Source: a virus. Taken from it: a stretch of 64,000 nt of DNA. The DNA is taken from positions 43,128-107,127 of the IMG/VR virus record IMGVR_UViG_3300042296_000700. One strand, 5' to 3'. Below are positions 50,338 to 57,505 of this stretch, in pieces (the first letter of the stretch is position 1; every line of letters begins with the position of its first letter). The notes under the pieces were generated by a model that worked only from the letters and a program-made list of their open reading frames with translations, ran no database searches and was not told the DNA's origin. A program made the translations under genes and the position numbers.

Positions 50338-50855
50338 CACACCCAAACCAAATAAACTTAACCGATATACAGGGAATACCCCCCACCCCACAGACATGGT
50401 ACGACCAAGCCAACTGCAAAGGGAAAACCCACCTCATGTTCCCAAAAGAACACAAAGACATCACATACATCAAACAAGCACGCAACATCTGCAAACAATG
50501 CACAGTCAAAGAACAATGCCTCACCACCGCACTCCAATACCCAGCAATAGACATGCACGGAGTATGGGCAGGACTCACCAGCAGACAACTAGCAACAGAA
50601 CAAAAACGCAGAGGCATCAAAGCCACCCGCCCATCACTAGCCCAAATGTTCCCCGCTACCCACAACGCACCCCGCACAAATCGCAAAACAAAAGCCCACC
50701 AAACTCAACAGGCACAGGAACACAATCCGAACGACCACACGGATTCAACACCCTCTCCCCAGCAAGATACGCACGCAACACAGAACCAGCATCAGGAAGA
50801 ACCCTCCCATCAACAAGACGAGGCAACCCCCGACCCTCACGAACAGCAGACATAA
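50334..50855 (+). CDS. whiB: WhiB-family transcription factor (3' extension uncertain)
   Basis: W...ANC...F...AR.ICKQC.V.EQCL..AL...HGVWAG; start at ATGA overlap 50334. Confidence 0.88.
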   Translation: MTHPNQINLTDIQGIPPTPQTWYDQANCKGKTHLMFPKEHKDITYIKQARNICKQCTVKEQCLTTALQYPAIDMHGVWAGLTSRQLATEQKRRGIKATRPSLAQMFPATHNAPRTNRKTKAHQTQQAQEHNPNDHTDSTPSPQQDTHATQNQHQEEPSHQQDEATPDPHEQQT

Positions 50856-50997
50856 CCACAACCGACAACCACTGCTGCAAAGACACACCCTCCGCCGCAC
50901 ACAAATCAATCACAGCATTCTTATCCGCACCAGACAACACAAACTCCATACGATAAGAAACATCAAGATTCCTAGCCCGCTCAGGAACCCTCGGCAT
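50656..50997 (-). CDS. Ribbon-helix-helix-like protein with C-terminal Cys cluster
   Basis: K......A.EGVSLQQW pattern; PCGRSDC...CDLC. Confidence 0.5.
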   Translation of the reverse strand: MPRVPERARNLDVSYRMEFVLSGADKNAVIDLCAAEGVSLQQWLSVVVMSAVREGRGLPRLVDGRVLPDAGSVLRAYLAGERVLNPCGRSDCVPVPVEFGGLLFCDLCGVRCG

Positions 50998-51151
50998 CAC
51001 GCCTCACCAACGTCGTCACATACTCAGTCAACGTCATGTCATAACCATCAGCCAACGAAACCATCAAATTTTTAAGTTCGCCGTCTATTTTGAGGGTGAG
51101 GGTTGTTTTGTGTTTGGTTGTTGTTTGGGGTGGGCGTCCGTTGCGTTTCAT
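50981..51151 (-). CDS. Ribbon-helix-helix DNA-binding protein
   Basis: GRPP...TLTLKID.ELK..M...A....MTLTEYV..LV. Confidence 0.7.
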   Translation of the reverse strand: MKRNGRPPQTTTKHKTTLTLKIDGELKNLMVSLADGYDMTLTEYVTTLVRRDAEGS

Positions 51152-51579
51152 TGGTAGGTCTCGTTCCATTGTTTCGTATAGATTTGTATGAAGTGTTCTC
51201 TGTCTGAGTTTGTGTGCAACGCGTAGCCGCCTACCGTTTTGATGGCTTGTTGTAGAACAGGATGCAAATTGGCGGGGGTGTAGTTCCCTGAGTCTAGTTG
51301 TGAGGCGAGGTCACGGTAGATTGCCCATGCTTCGTGTGGGGTTGGGGCGAGGGTGTCGGTGTGCATGTCTCGGACACGACGGTATACGGTGCCTGCTCTG
51401 GGCATGTAGGTGTCTTCTCTGGCTATGACGTCTATAGCAGTGTGGCATTCAGTGGCGTCAAGTTCTCCGATGATTCTCCACCAAGCGTTATACGTCGCCT
51501 TAGGGGCACCAGTGTTAGCCAACTGGTTCCAATGCGCGAGCACACGGTCAACTATCTCTACACATTCTTCCTTAGTCAT
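51148..51579 (-). CDS. Replicative helicase loader/inhibitor-like (G39P-like) protein
   Basis: MTKEEC..I, AW..I, Y.P, P.PHEAW, ..VGG, F...Y pattern. Confidence 0.55.
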   Translation of the reverse strand: MTKEECVEIVDRVLAHWNQLANTGAPKATYNAWWRIIGELDATECHTAIDVIAREDTYMPRAGTVYRRVRDMHTDTLAPTPHEAWAIYRDLASQLDSGNYTPANLHPVLQQAIKTVGGYALHTNSDREHFIQIYTKQWNETYQ

Positions 51580-51958
51580 CTAAGAACCCTTTCGCACCTA
51601 AGTTACCGTCCGCTTCAGTGAGGTCACAGAACTTCTCAATATGGTCTGCGTCCCTGAAGATGAGTTCTAGGCTGTCATACCGTTTCTTGTTACGGTTCGC
51701 TCCCATATGGAAGGGTGACTTGGAACAGCCTGTGATTGCTTTCATGCAGTCGTCTATGCCGTAGTCGTGTATCGCTGCGCCGATGAAGAGTTTGCGCTTG
51801 TCATCCAACTTAGTTCTGCTAGATTTATTTGAACGCAGTGTGGTGACCCAGAAGTCAAACACTTTCTGGATGTCAGCATCAGCCACAGTTCTGCACTTGG
51901 CAGCCTGACCAACAGCGCGACCTTTTCTTACGGGTTCAGTAGAAGGAAGAGAGTCCAT
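51572..51958 (-). CDS. Phage replication-protein C-terminal-like domain
   Basis: VFDFW...KLDDKR...I......G.D....AI.G....F..G.N....YDSLE.IFR; start inferred 7 nt after TATACT. Confidence 0.55.
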   Translation of the reverse strand: MDSLPSTEPVRKGRAVGQAAKCRTVADADIQKVFDFWVTTLRSNKSSRTKLDDKRKLFIGAAIHDYGIDDCMKAITGCSKSPFHMGANRNKKRYDSLELIFRDADHIEKFCDLTEADGNLGAKGFLDD

Positions 51959-51965
51959 AGGTTTC

Positions 51966-51994
51966 AGTATACCCAGTTGGACCACATCAAGCAA
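51966..51994 (-). promoter_or_regulatory. SigA-type promoter for a leaderless transcript
   Basis: TTGCTT-N17-TATACT followed 7 nt later by ATG 51958. Confidence 0.55.
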
Positions 51995-52426
51995 TAGGAA
52001 GAAGAGACCAAATACGAGCAATACAATCCAAGTAGAAAAGAACTTGGAAGAACATCTTCATCAATAACCCATTTGAAGGGGGTCTGGGGGAAACTTTACG
52101 AATCCTCAAAACCTTTTCGGCCATGCAGTGGCTGACCCTCGTATCTGTCTGGGAATGAGAGTTCATTTGGTTTCGGCGCCGAATGAATTTGTTTACGCCA
52201 CCGTCGCTCTTGGGGAGAGACGATAACTATGCAGAACTGAAGATAGCAGCATGAGCCCCGCTCCGCAAGCATCTAAGCAACAAAAATAGACAAGGTGTAA
52301 TATTTGTTGCGGGACTGTCTATGTTATTCTTGACTAAGACCGCATGCCCCCCGTGCGGCTCTAAGGCGTTGTAGACGGGACGGGTATGTGAGAGTTCCTC
52401 GTCCCGTCTCCGCTTTAGCGGGGCTG

Positions 52427-52906
52427 TTACTCTGCCAGTGGTAGAAGGAACAGGCGGGACTCCCACATGATTCCGATGGCTGCGTATCCGATGACATCCA
52501 TAATGTTGTCTTCTATAGATTCGTTGTTGGGCTTTACGCCACCGTCAGGACTTGAGAGTAGGTTTTCTAGTCTTGCGACTTTGTCGTGCATTCTGACCAT
52601 GAGTCCTTGCCGCCCGAAGCGGCGGATGTTCTCGTGTCCGTAGTCGCGCTGCTTCCTTATGAGGGTCGCATGAACGTTGTCAATCGTTTGCGGGATGCCG
52701 CGCTTGATTGAGAGTTCTACTGCATCGCCGCCGATGACAGCCCACATTGCTGTGGCTTTCTGGAATCCTGCTGGCGCGTGGAATAGGTCGTCTATGAAAC
52801 CATCCAAATCGCTGCGTACTTGTAGGAGGTCAGCGCGAGGCTTCTTCCTTACTTGAGTGAAGATTCCGTCTAGTGCCCAACGTGCTGCTTCGTCCCATGT
52901 TTCCAT
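52427..52906 (-). CDS. Nucleotide modification-associated domain 1 (DUF1599-like) protein
   Basis: RKQRDYG.ENI, G..VRM.DK.ARL.NL, NESIED...D..GYA.I. Confidence 0.75.
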   Translation of the reverse strand: METWDEAARWALDGIFTQVRKKPRADLLQVRSDLDGFIDDLFHAPAGFQKATAMWAVIGGDAVELSIKRGIPQTIDNVHATLIRKQRDYGHENIRRFGRQGLMVRMHDKVARLENLLSSPDGGVKPNNESIEDNIMDVIGYAAIGIMWESRLFLLPLAE

Positions 52907-52952
52907 TTAGTATTTTTATCACATGGCTATACGCCACCGTCGTTACTTGCAA

Positions 52953-53261
52953 CTACTCTTCATCAAACTTTTTTGATGCTGCCAGTAGTGCCATCTGCAT
53001 CAGGTTGGACATCGCCATCGCTGCTGCTGTTGCTTCTCCGAACTCTTCTGCATTCCGTTCAATTGCACGTGCGAACTTCTCTTCTACGAAACGTTCGTTA
53101 TATAACACGACAATATTATCGTCTGTTAACTGGATGACGACTGGTCCGTCTTCGTCCATTGTTTCTGGGGGTGCGGTGATTACCGCGACATGCTGTCCTG
53201 TTTCTGGGTTTTCAAACCGAAACATTACTTCTGGGTCTTCGCTACCAAATGACATTTCCAT
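52953..53261 (-). CDS. Hypothetical protein
   Basis: AGGAG RBS; acidic ORF. Confidence 0.6.
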   Translation of the reverse strand: MEMSFGSEDPEVMFRFENPETGQHVAVITAPPETMDEDGPVVIQLTDDNIVVLYNERFVEEKFARAIERNAEEFGEATAAAMAMSNLMQMALLAASKKFDEE

Positions 53262-53313
53262 ATTTAATTCTCCTGTGTTTAAGTTTACAGCGGGTGGCTA
53301 TACGCCACCGTCA

Positions 53314-53514
53314 TTACTTGCGAATGATTTCCCAGTCTTCTTTTTTTGTGCATCCTCCTTCAAGGAAGTCTTGTAGTGCTTCTGCTGTTCCGCACTCGGA
53401 GCAGATTTCTGTTTTGTTGTCGGTTCGTGAGATTGCACCAGGGTATTCGCCTGGTTGAAGATTGTTGGGAATCCAGTTGTCGCAACACCGTGGACATATG
53501 TTTGGGATTTTCAT
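53314..53514 (-). CDS. Small Zn-ribbon protein
   Basis: CPRC...YPGAISRTDN.TEICSECG. Confidence 0.65.
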   Translation of the reverse strand: MKIPNICPRCCDNWIPNNLQPGEYPGAISRTDNKTEICSECGTAEALQDFLEGGCTKKEDWEIIRK

Positions 53515-53621
53515 GAGTTTGCCTTCCATTCGCAATATGCGTTGTAGTTTTCGTCGTTGTCTGGGTTTAAACCGTTTTCTTTACACCAGTCGTCGTACGT
53601 TGGTGTCGCTTCAAAAATCAC
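53511..53621 (-). CDS. 36-aa hypothetical protein (not in ORF track)
   Basis: GTG start; MIFEATPTYDDWCKENGLNPD...; overlaps both neighbours by 4 nt. Confidence 0.45.
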   Translation of the reverse strand: MIFEATPTYDDWCKENGLNPDNDENYNAYCEWKANS

Positions 53622-53890
53622 CATAGCGGGTTCTCCTTGTTTATTTTCCAGTTGGTTGGGTGGTTGGCGCGCGACTCCATGGCTGATTGTGATTCATCAT
53701 GCCATTCTTCGTATGTGCGTGCCATGGTTGAAGTGAGTTCGCCGTCTTCATAGAAGTCAAATATTACACCTTCGTTAGTTACAACAAGAATCAAAATGTT
53801 TTGACTGATGTCGTCTGCGTCTGGTGGAAGTTGAATAACGATTTCTTGGCGTGAATCAAACCTGCAGTTGAAATCAATGCTGTTGTTCAT
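53618..53890 (-). CDS. Hypothetical protein
   Basis: GGAG RBS, coupled ORF. Confidence 0.6.
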   Translation of the reverse strand: MNNSIDFNCRFDSRQEIVIQLPPDADDISQNILILVVTNEGVIFDFYEDGELTSTMARTYEEWHDESQSAMESRANHPTNWKINKENPLW

Positions 53891-54120
53891 ACGCGCTCCT
53901 CCGACTTTTCAATGACTGCATCTGCTATCCATTCGGAGAGTTCTACGCCTGCGTCTTCCCAGTCGTCAAACTCTTTGCAGATTTCTGCCCATGCTTCTTT
54001 GGTGAGAACATTCTCGTCGTCGCTGTCGTAATCGTACGATGGCTTTTCCCAGTACAACACACAGATGTCGTCGTCTGGATTTAGTAGTTTGATTTGTCTA
54101 ACAAGGTCTGCAACTTTCAT
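53887..54120 (-). CDS. Hypothetical protein
   Basis: MKVADLV..I..L.PDD.I start; acidic. Confidence 0.6.
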   Translation of the reverse strand: MKVADLVRQIKLLNPDDDICVLYWEKPSYDYDSDDENVLTKEAWAEICKEFDDWEDAGVELSEWIADAVIEKSEERV

Positions 54121-54368
54121 GATGCGTACTCCTCTACGAATAGGTGACCTGCGTCGTTTCCTTCTTGGTCTGAACTTACGATTACATAAGTGTTGTCAGT
54201 GAACTCAATAACGATTGTGTTTACATAACAGTTGTTGTGGGCTCGTTGGTACCAACCCATTCCTTTGACTTCTTCTTCAACCATGTGGCGCACTCGCTTG
54301 ATTGTTTTACCTGCGAGTCCCCTGATGGCGGGGTCAAAGTGTTCCGTGTGTTTAAGTGTTGCGGGCAT
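54117..54368 (-). CDS. Hypothetical protein
   Basis: L.GKTIK.VR.M, SSDQEGNDAG.L; AGGAG RBS. Confidence 0.6.
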   Translation of the reverse strand: MPATLKHTEHFDPAIRGLAGKTIKRVRHMVEEEVKGMGWYQRAHNNCYVNTIVIEFTDNTYVIVSSDQEGNDAGHLFVEEYAS

Positions 54369-54516
54369 TACTCCTGCTTTCGTTTAGTAGTTTTACAGCG
54401 AGGATGGAACGATTCCCCGACGGAACCTTTTTAGACTCTCGTTTACCCACTTGATTGCGGGCGTATAAGTGTCTACCATCCAGCAACAGAGAGTATAACA
54501 CCTCTCTGTGTATTTG

Positions 54517-54717
54517 TCAATCCATCTCAAAGATGAGATGCTCGCTATTGACATCACGAGCGATACCAGTAACCCATGCAGGATTTTCTGTGGGGTTTAC
54601 GCCACCGTCACCTCTTGCAATGAGTACTTCAACTTTGTCAATCCCATTTGTGATTGCATCGTTAAAGTTTTCTGCTTCAACATCTGTTGTGACCATTACT
54701 GTTACTCGGTATTTCAT
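54517..54717 (-). CDS. Hypothetical protein
   Basis: MKYRVTV...VEAEN..DA; GGAGG RBS. Confidence 0.55.
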   Translation of the reverse strand: MKYRVTVMVTTDVEAENFNDAITNGIDKVEVLIARGDGGVNPTENPAWVTGIARDVNSEHLIFEMD

Positions 54718-55049
54718 ATTGCTACCTCCGTGAACTTGCCGTACTGTTGTACGAACTCTGTTGGTGTGTGTGTGAACCCTTTCTCCCATGCGGATTCTCC
54801 GCACGCTTGTAGGAGAGCGAGTCTTGCGATGGCAAGAGAGACAGTTGGATAATGTTCCAACCATTCGTTGGCAACAAAGTCAGTCCACCACAGATAACCG
54901 CTGTCGTCTGCGCCTTGTGAAACTATTGCTTTCGCATCGTCGTTGATGATGACAGAGAACAGTTCTTTTGCTGATTCCCAGTCATGTTGGTTTGGTGTGT
55001 AATCGGGGTGTGCCGATTCAATGAGTTCTTGTAAGTTTGTCATGTTCAT
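54714..55049 (-). CDS. Hypothetical protein
   Basis: Coupled ORF. Confidence 0.55.
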   Translation of the reverse strand: MNMTNLQELIESAHPDYTPNQHDWESAKELFSVIINDDAKAIVSQGADDSGYLWWTDFVANEWLEHYPTVSLAIARLALLQACGESAWEKGFTHTPTEFVQQYGKFTEVAI

Positions 55050-55282
55050 CCCATTTCTTCTAGTAGTTCGTCTAATGCTTCGTAGTCAAGTAAGTCGCTG
55101 AGCCACGGAACACCATCGGGTGTACCTGCTGAGACATATACGAGATAGTTTGTTGCGAAGTCTCGGTAGTTCACTTCTTTGCCGTAGGTCATAACCATTC
55201 GGTATAGTTGTTCGTCGTTAGCGAGCCACAGGTTTACATTCCATGTCTCTCGGTTTTTCCAACCGTTGTAAGTCGTTTCCAT
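55046..55282 (-). CDS. Conserved small phage early protein
   Basis: YNGWKNRETWNVNLW..NDE.LY, TPDGV.W. Confidence 0.7.
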   Translation of the reverse strand: METTYNGWKNRETWNVNLWLANDEQLYRMVMTYGKEVNYRDFATNYLVYVSAGTPDGVPWLSDLLDYEALDELLEEMG

Positions 55283-55359
55283 GGTTTTCCTTTTCTAGTA
55301 GATTTATTTATTACAGCACCCACTTTACAGTGGGGGTGTGACATGGTTATATGCCACCG

Positions 55360-55803
55360 TTAGATGTTGCGATTGTTGTAGATGTGAACGAGCCATTCCA
55401 TCAGGTTGGACTTGTATCCATCCCACACGCTGTCGCCACTCATAATCCAGTCAGAGAGGTCTTCTAAGTCTGTCTTGGTTGCTTCAGTCTGAATCCACTG
55501 GAGTGCTTTCCACTCTTTGTCTTCTTCTGTGTAAACTCCGCCCTCAACGAGCATTTGTGTTTCGTCTTTGATTGAGAGTGGAGAGTACGAGACTGCCCAC
55601 TTATATTTGTTGTCGCCCCAACCAGTGTCTCTGCCCATCTGTTCAATGGAGATTCCGCAACGCTCGCCGATATCGGAGAGTTCGCTGTCGCTCGCTTCTT
55701 CAAGTAGGTGAGAGTCGTAGTCGTTTAAGTCGTCTGTTTCCACAATGACGCAACCCTCAAGGTTGAGCACTGTTCCAGTTGTTTTGTCAATGATGAGTTT
55801 CAT
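55360..55803 (-). CDS. Hypothetical acidic protein
   Basis: Own promoter and RBS. Confidence 0.6.
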   Translation of the reverse strand: MKLIIDKTTGTVLNLEGCVIVETDDLNDYDSHLLEEASDSELSDIGERCGISIEQMGRDTGWGDNKYKWAVSYSPLSIKDETQMLVEGGVYTEEDKEWKALQWIQTEATKTDLEDLSDWIMSGDSVWDGYKSNLMEWLVHIYNNRNI

Positions 55804-55857
55804 GGTTTACCTTTCTAGTAAATACTTTAAGGAGTGTAACATACTCCCAGCCGTGTG

Positions 55858-56151
55858 TCAAATAGACACACCAGTTGATATTTGTGAAACGAGTTCGTAG
55901 TCCTCGCACAAGTCAATAGCCCATTCTGAGTGAGCAATGTTCCATGCGTTGGCGTAGTCCGTGTTAATCGCCTTAAGGAGACTGGCTAGTTCCTCGTGGG
56001 TCATGTGATAGAAGTACTCCTCGTGGAACTCGTTTTGCGTATCAGGGTTCCAAGTGTCTCCATCAAATGCGATGCGGACAACCTCAAATGAGTCTTGGTC
56101 GCCATCCCAAAAGATTTGGCACTCTATTTCTTTGTAGTGTTTAAGTTCCAT
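55858..56151 (-). CDS. Hypothetical acidic protein
   Basis: Own promoter and RBS. Confidence 0.6.
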   Translation of the reverse strand: MELKHYKEIECQIFWDGDQDSFEVVRIAFDGDTWNPDTQNEFHEEYFYHMTHEELASLLKAINTDYANAWNIAHSEWAIDLCEDYELVSQISTGVSI

Positions 56152-56210
56152 TGTCGTTTACCTTTCTAGTAAGTTGAAATGAGTATAACACATGGGTGTT
56201 ATATTTGCAA

Positions 56211-56378
56211 CTATTGGTTGCTTTCCTCTATAACGACTGGAGAGTCCGAAAGTGTGCTCTCGCCCTTGAGTTGAGCGATAGTCGCAAGAATCTCGTCGCA
56301 CTGGCGGTTGATATCCGCACAGATAGCGAGAGCCTTAGCCCGCTCGTCAAGTGTTAGTAGTTCAATGATGGGGTTCAT
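56211..56378 (-). CDS. Small hypothetical protein
   Basis: Start placed at MNPIIELL after AAAGGA RBS. Confidence 0.5.
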   Translation of the reverse strand: MNPIIELLTLDERAKALAICADINRQCDEILATIAQLKGESTLSDSPVVIEESNQ

Positions 56379-56675
56379 ATCTGTTCCTTTGTTTAGTAGG
56401 TATGCCCCCATTATATCAAGGGGGTGTAACACAGTAACGATTGGTAGCCGTCAAAGTGTGCGCTCGTAAGCAAGACACAATCTAGCATAGATTTATCCGA
56501 ATGTCAAGTTATGTAGAAAATATAACCAGAACCAGAAGACCAGATTCTGGATGCGCCCGAGCGCGAGCCCCGTACACAAAACACAGCACAACAGCCCCGT
56601 ATCGCTGCGGCGGCAGCGGGACTAGTAAGGTAAGTCAAGAAATGTTCCCAGAGTTCACGCATGGCGGGGCTAACA

Positions 56676-56689
56676 CGAACTAGTGTTCG
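56676..56689. promoter_or_regulatory. LexA (SOS/Cheo) box
   Basis: Perfect CGAAC-TAGT-GTTCG ending 3 nt before ATG 56693, overlapping candidate -10 TAGTGT. Confidence 0.7.
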
Positions 56690-56692
56690 CTC

Positions 56693-57094
56693 ATGAACGT
56701 TTCTCGCATTGACAACGCCACTCGCTGGCAAACACATCTGACTGCTTTACAACAGTTTGCTACCCGCACAGGTTCAGCCCGTGTACCCGCTTCCCATACA
56801 GAAGTCGTGGACGGACGCAACATTGCTCTCGGAGCATGGGTTGGGTACATGAGGCAACGCAACCGTGCTGGCTTGCTGTCGGCAGAACGCAAGTCAAACC
56901 TTGAGGCAATCTCAGGTTGGACTTGGGGTCCGCTTCGCCCAGGGCCAGCAACGAACACCGAACGAGATGAGAACATTCTCGTGCTTCGCTCTGAAGGTCT
57001 AAGCCTTGAGAAAATCGCAATGAAGTTCGGTATCTCCCGTCAGCGAGTTCATCAGATTGCTCGCTCTCACGCCTCATCAGATAACAATGGCTGA
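56693..57094 (+). CDS. Helicase-associated (HA) domain fused to sigma-70 region-4-like HTH
   Basis: W......L..F..RTG...VP.....LG.WV..MR.....G.LS.ER...LE.I..W.W; R.EGLSLEKIA.KFGISRQRVHQI. Confidence 0.8.
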   Translation: MNVSRIDNATRWQTHLTALQQFATRTGSARVPASHTEVVDGRNIALGAWVGYMRQRNRAGLLSAERKSNLEAISGWTWGPLRPGPATNTERDENILVLRSEGLSLEKIAMKFGISRQRVHQIARSHASSDNNG

Positions 57095-57383
57095 CAACGA
57101 CCAAAGTAAGTGGCGACTCGTAGACCCGAACTGGCGCATACCAGTTCATGAGTCAGAGATTCTCGCACCACCAACACCGCCTGATAAAGTTCCATTCATG
57201 ATTGCTCTCATGAAAATGCTTTGGGGATTCCTAACGCTTATTTCTTTTTGTGCTTTTGGTGTGTTTATAATCGCTCAGTTGTTGGAACTAGAACAAGTTG
57301 GTTACCGTGACGCTGTAGGAATCTCAGTAGTCCTTATCTTTCTGCGCGCGATAGACAAAACAACTTTCGGCAAAGTTTCGTAG
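57087..57383 (+). CDS. Two-TM membrane protein
   Basis: Hydrophobic segments; coupled to the regulator. Confidence 0.55.
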   Translation: MADNDQSKWRLVDPNWRIPVHESEILAPPTPPDKVPFMIALMKMLWGFLTLISFCAFGVFIIAQLLELEQVGYRDAVGISVVLIFLRAIDKTTFGKVS

Positions 57384-57385
57384 AT

Positions 57386-57420
57386 ACAAAACAACCCCTC
57401 AGGCTTTCGCCGTTGGGGTT
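57386..57420 (-). terminator. Intrinsic terminator
   Basis: Minus strand AACCCC-AAC-GGC-GAAA-GCC-UGA-GGGGUU then GUUUUGU. Confidence 0.6.
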
Positions 57421-57505
57421 ATCTCGGAGCAGATGAAGGGTGAAAGGAGTAAAGTCCCTCACCTCTCTATTGGTCGTACGCCGACTAAACGCCGTACCAG
57501 CAGGG
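57386..57505 (-). ncRNA. Predicted 3'-UTR structured RNA with anti-SD loop
   Basis: Three consecutive hairpins with loops UUUAGU, ACUUUACUCCUUUCA and GAAA; a G-U pair is valid only on the minus strand. Confidence 0.45.

Noticed and set aside
50121-50956. Long + strand ORFs at 50121 and 50396 and minus ORFs at 50185-50686
   Set aside because: By-products of the T-poor strand lacking stop codons; only the WhiB part from 50334 has recognisable motifs
52205-52213. Lambda-type boxA (CGCTCTT) within extended A-boxes
   Set aside because: Lies on the strand opposite to local transcription and is present in only three copies
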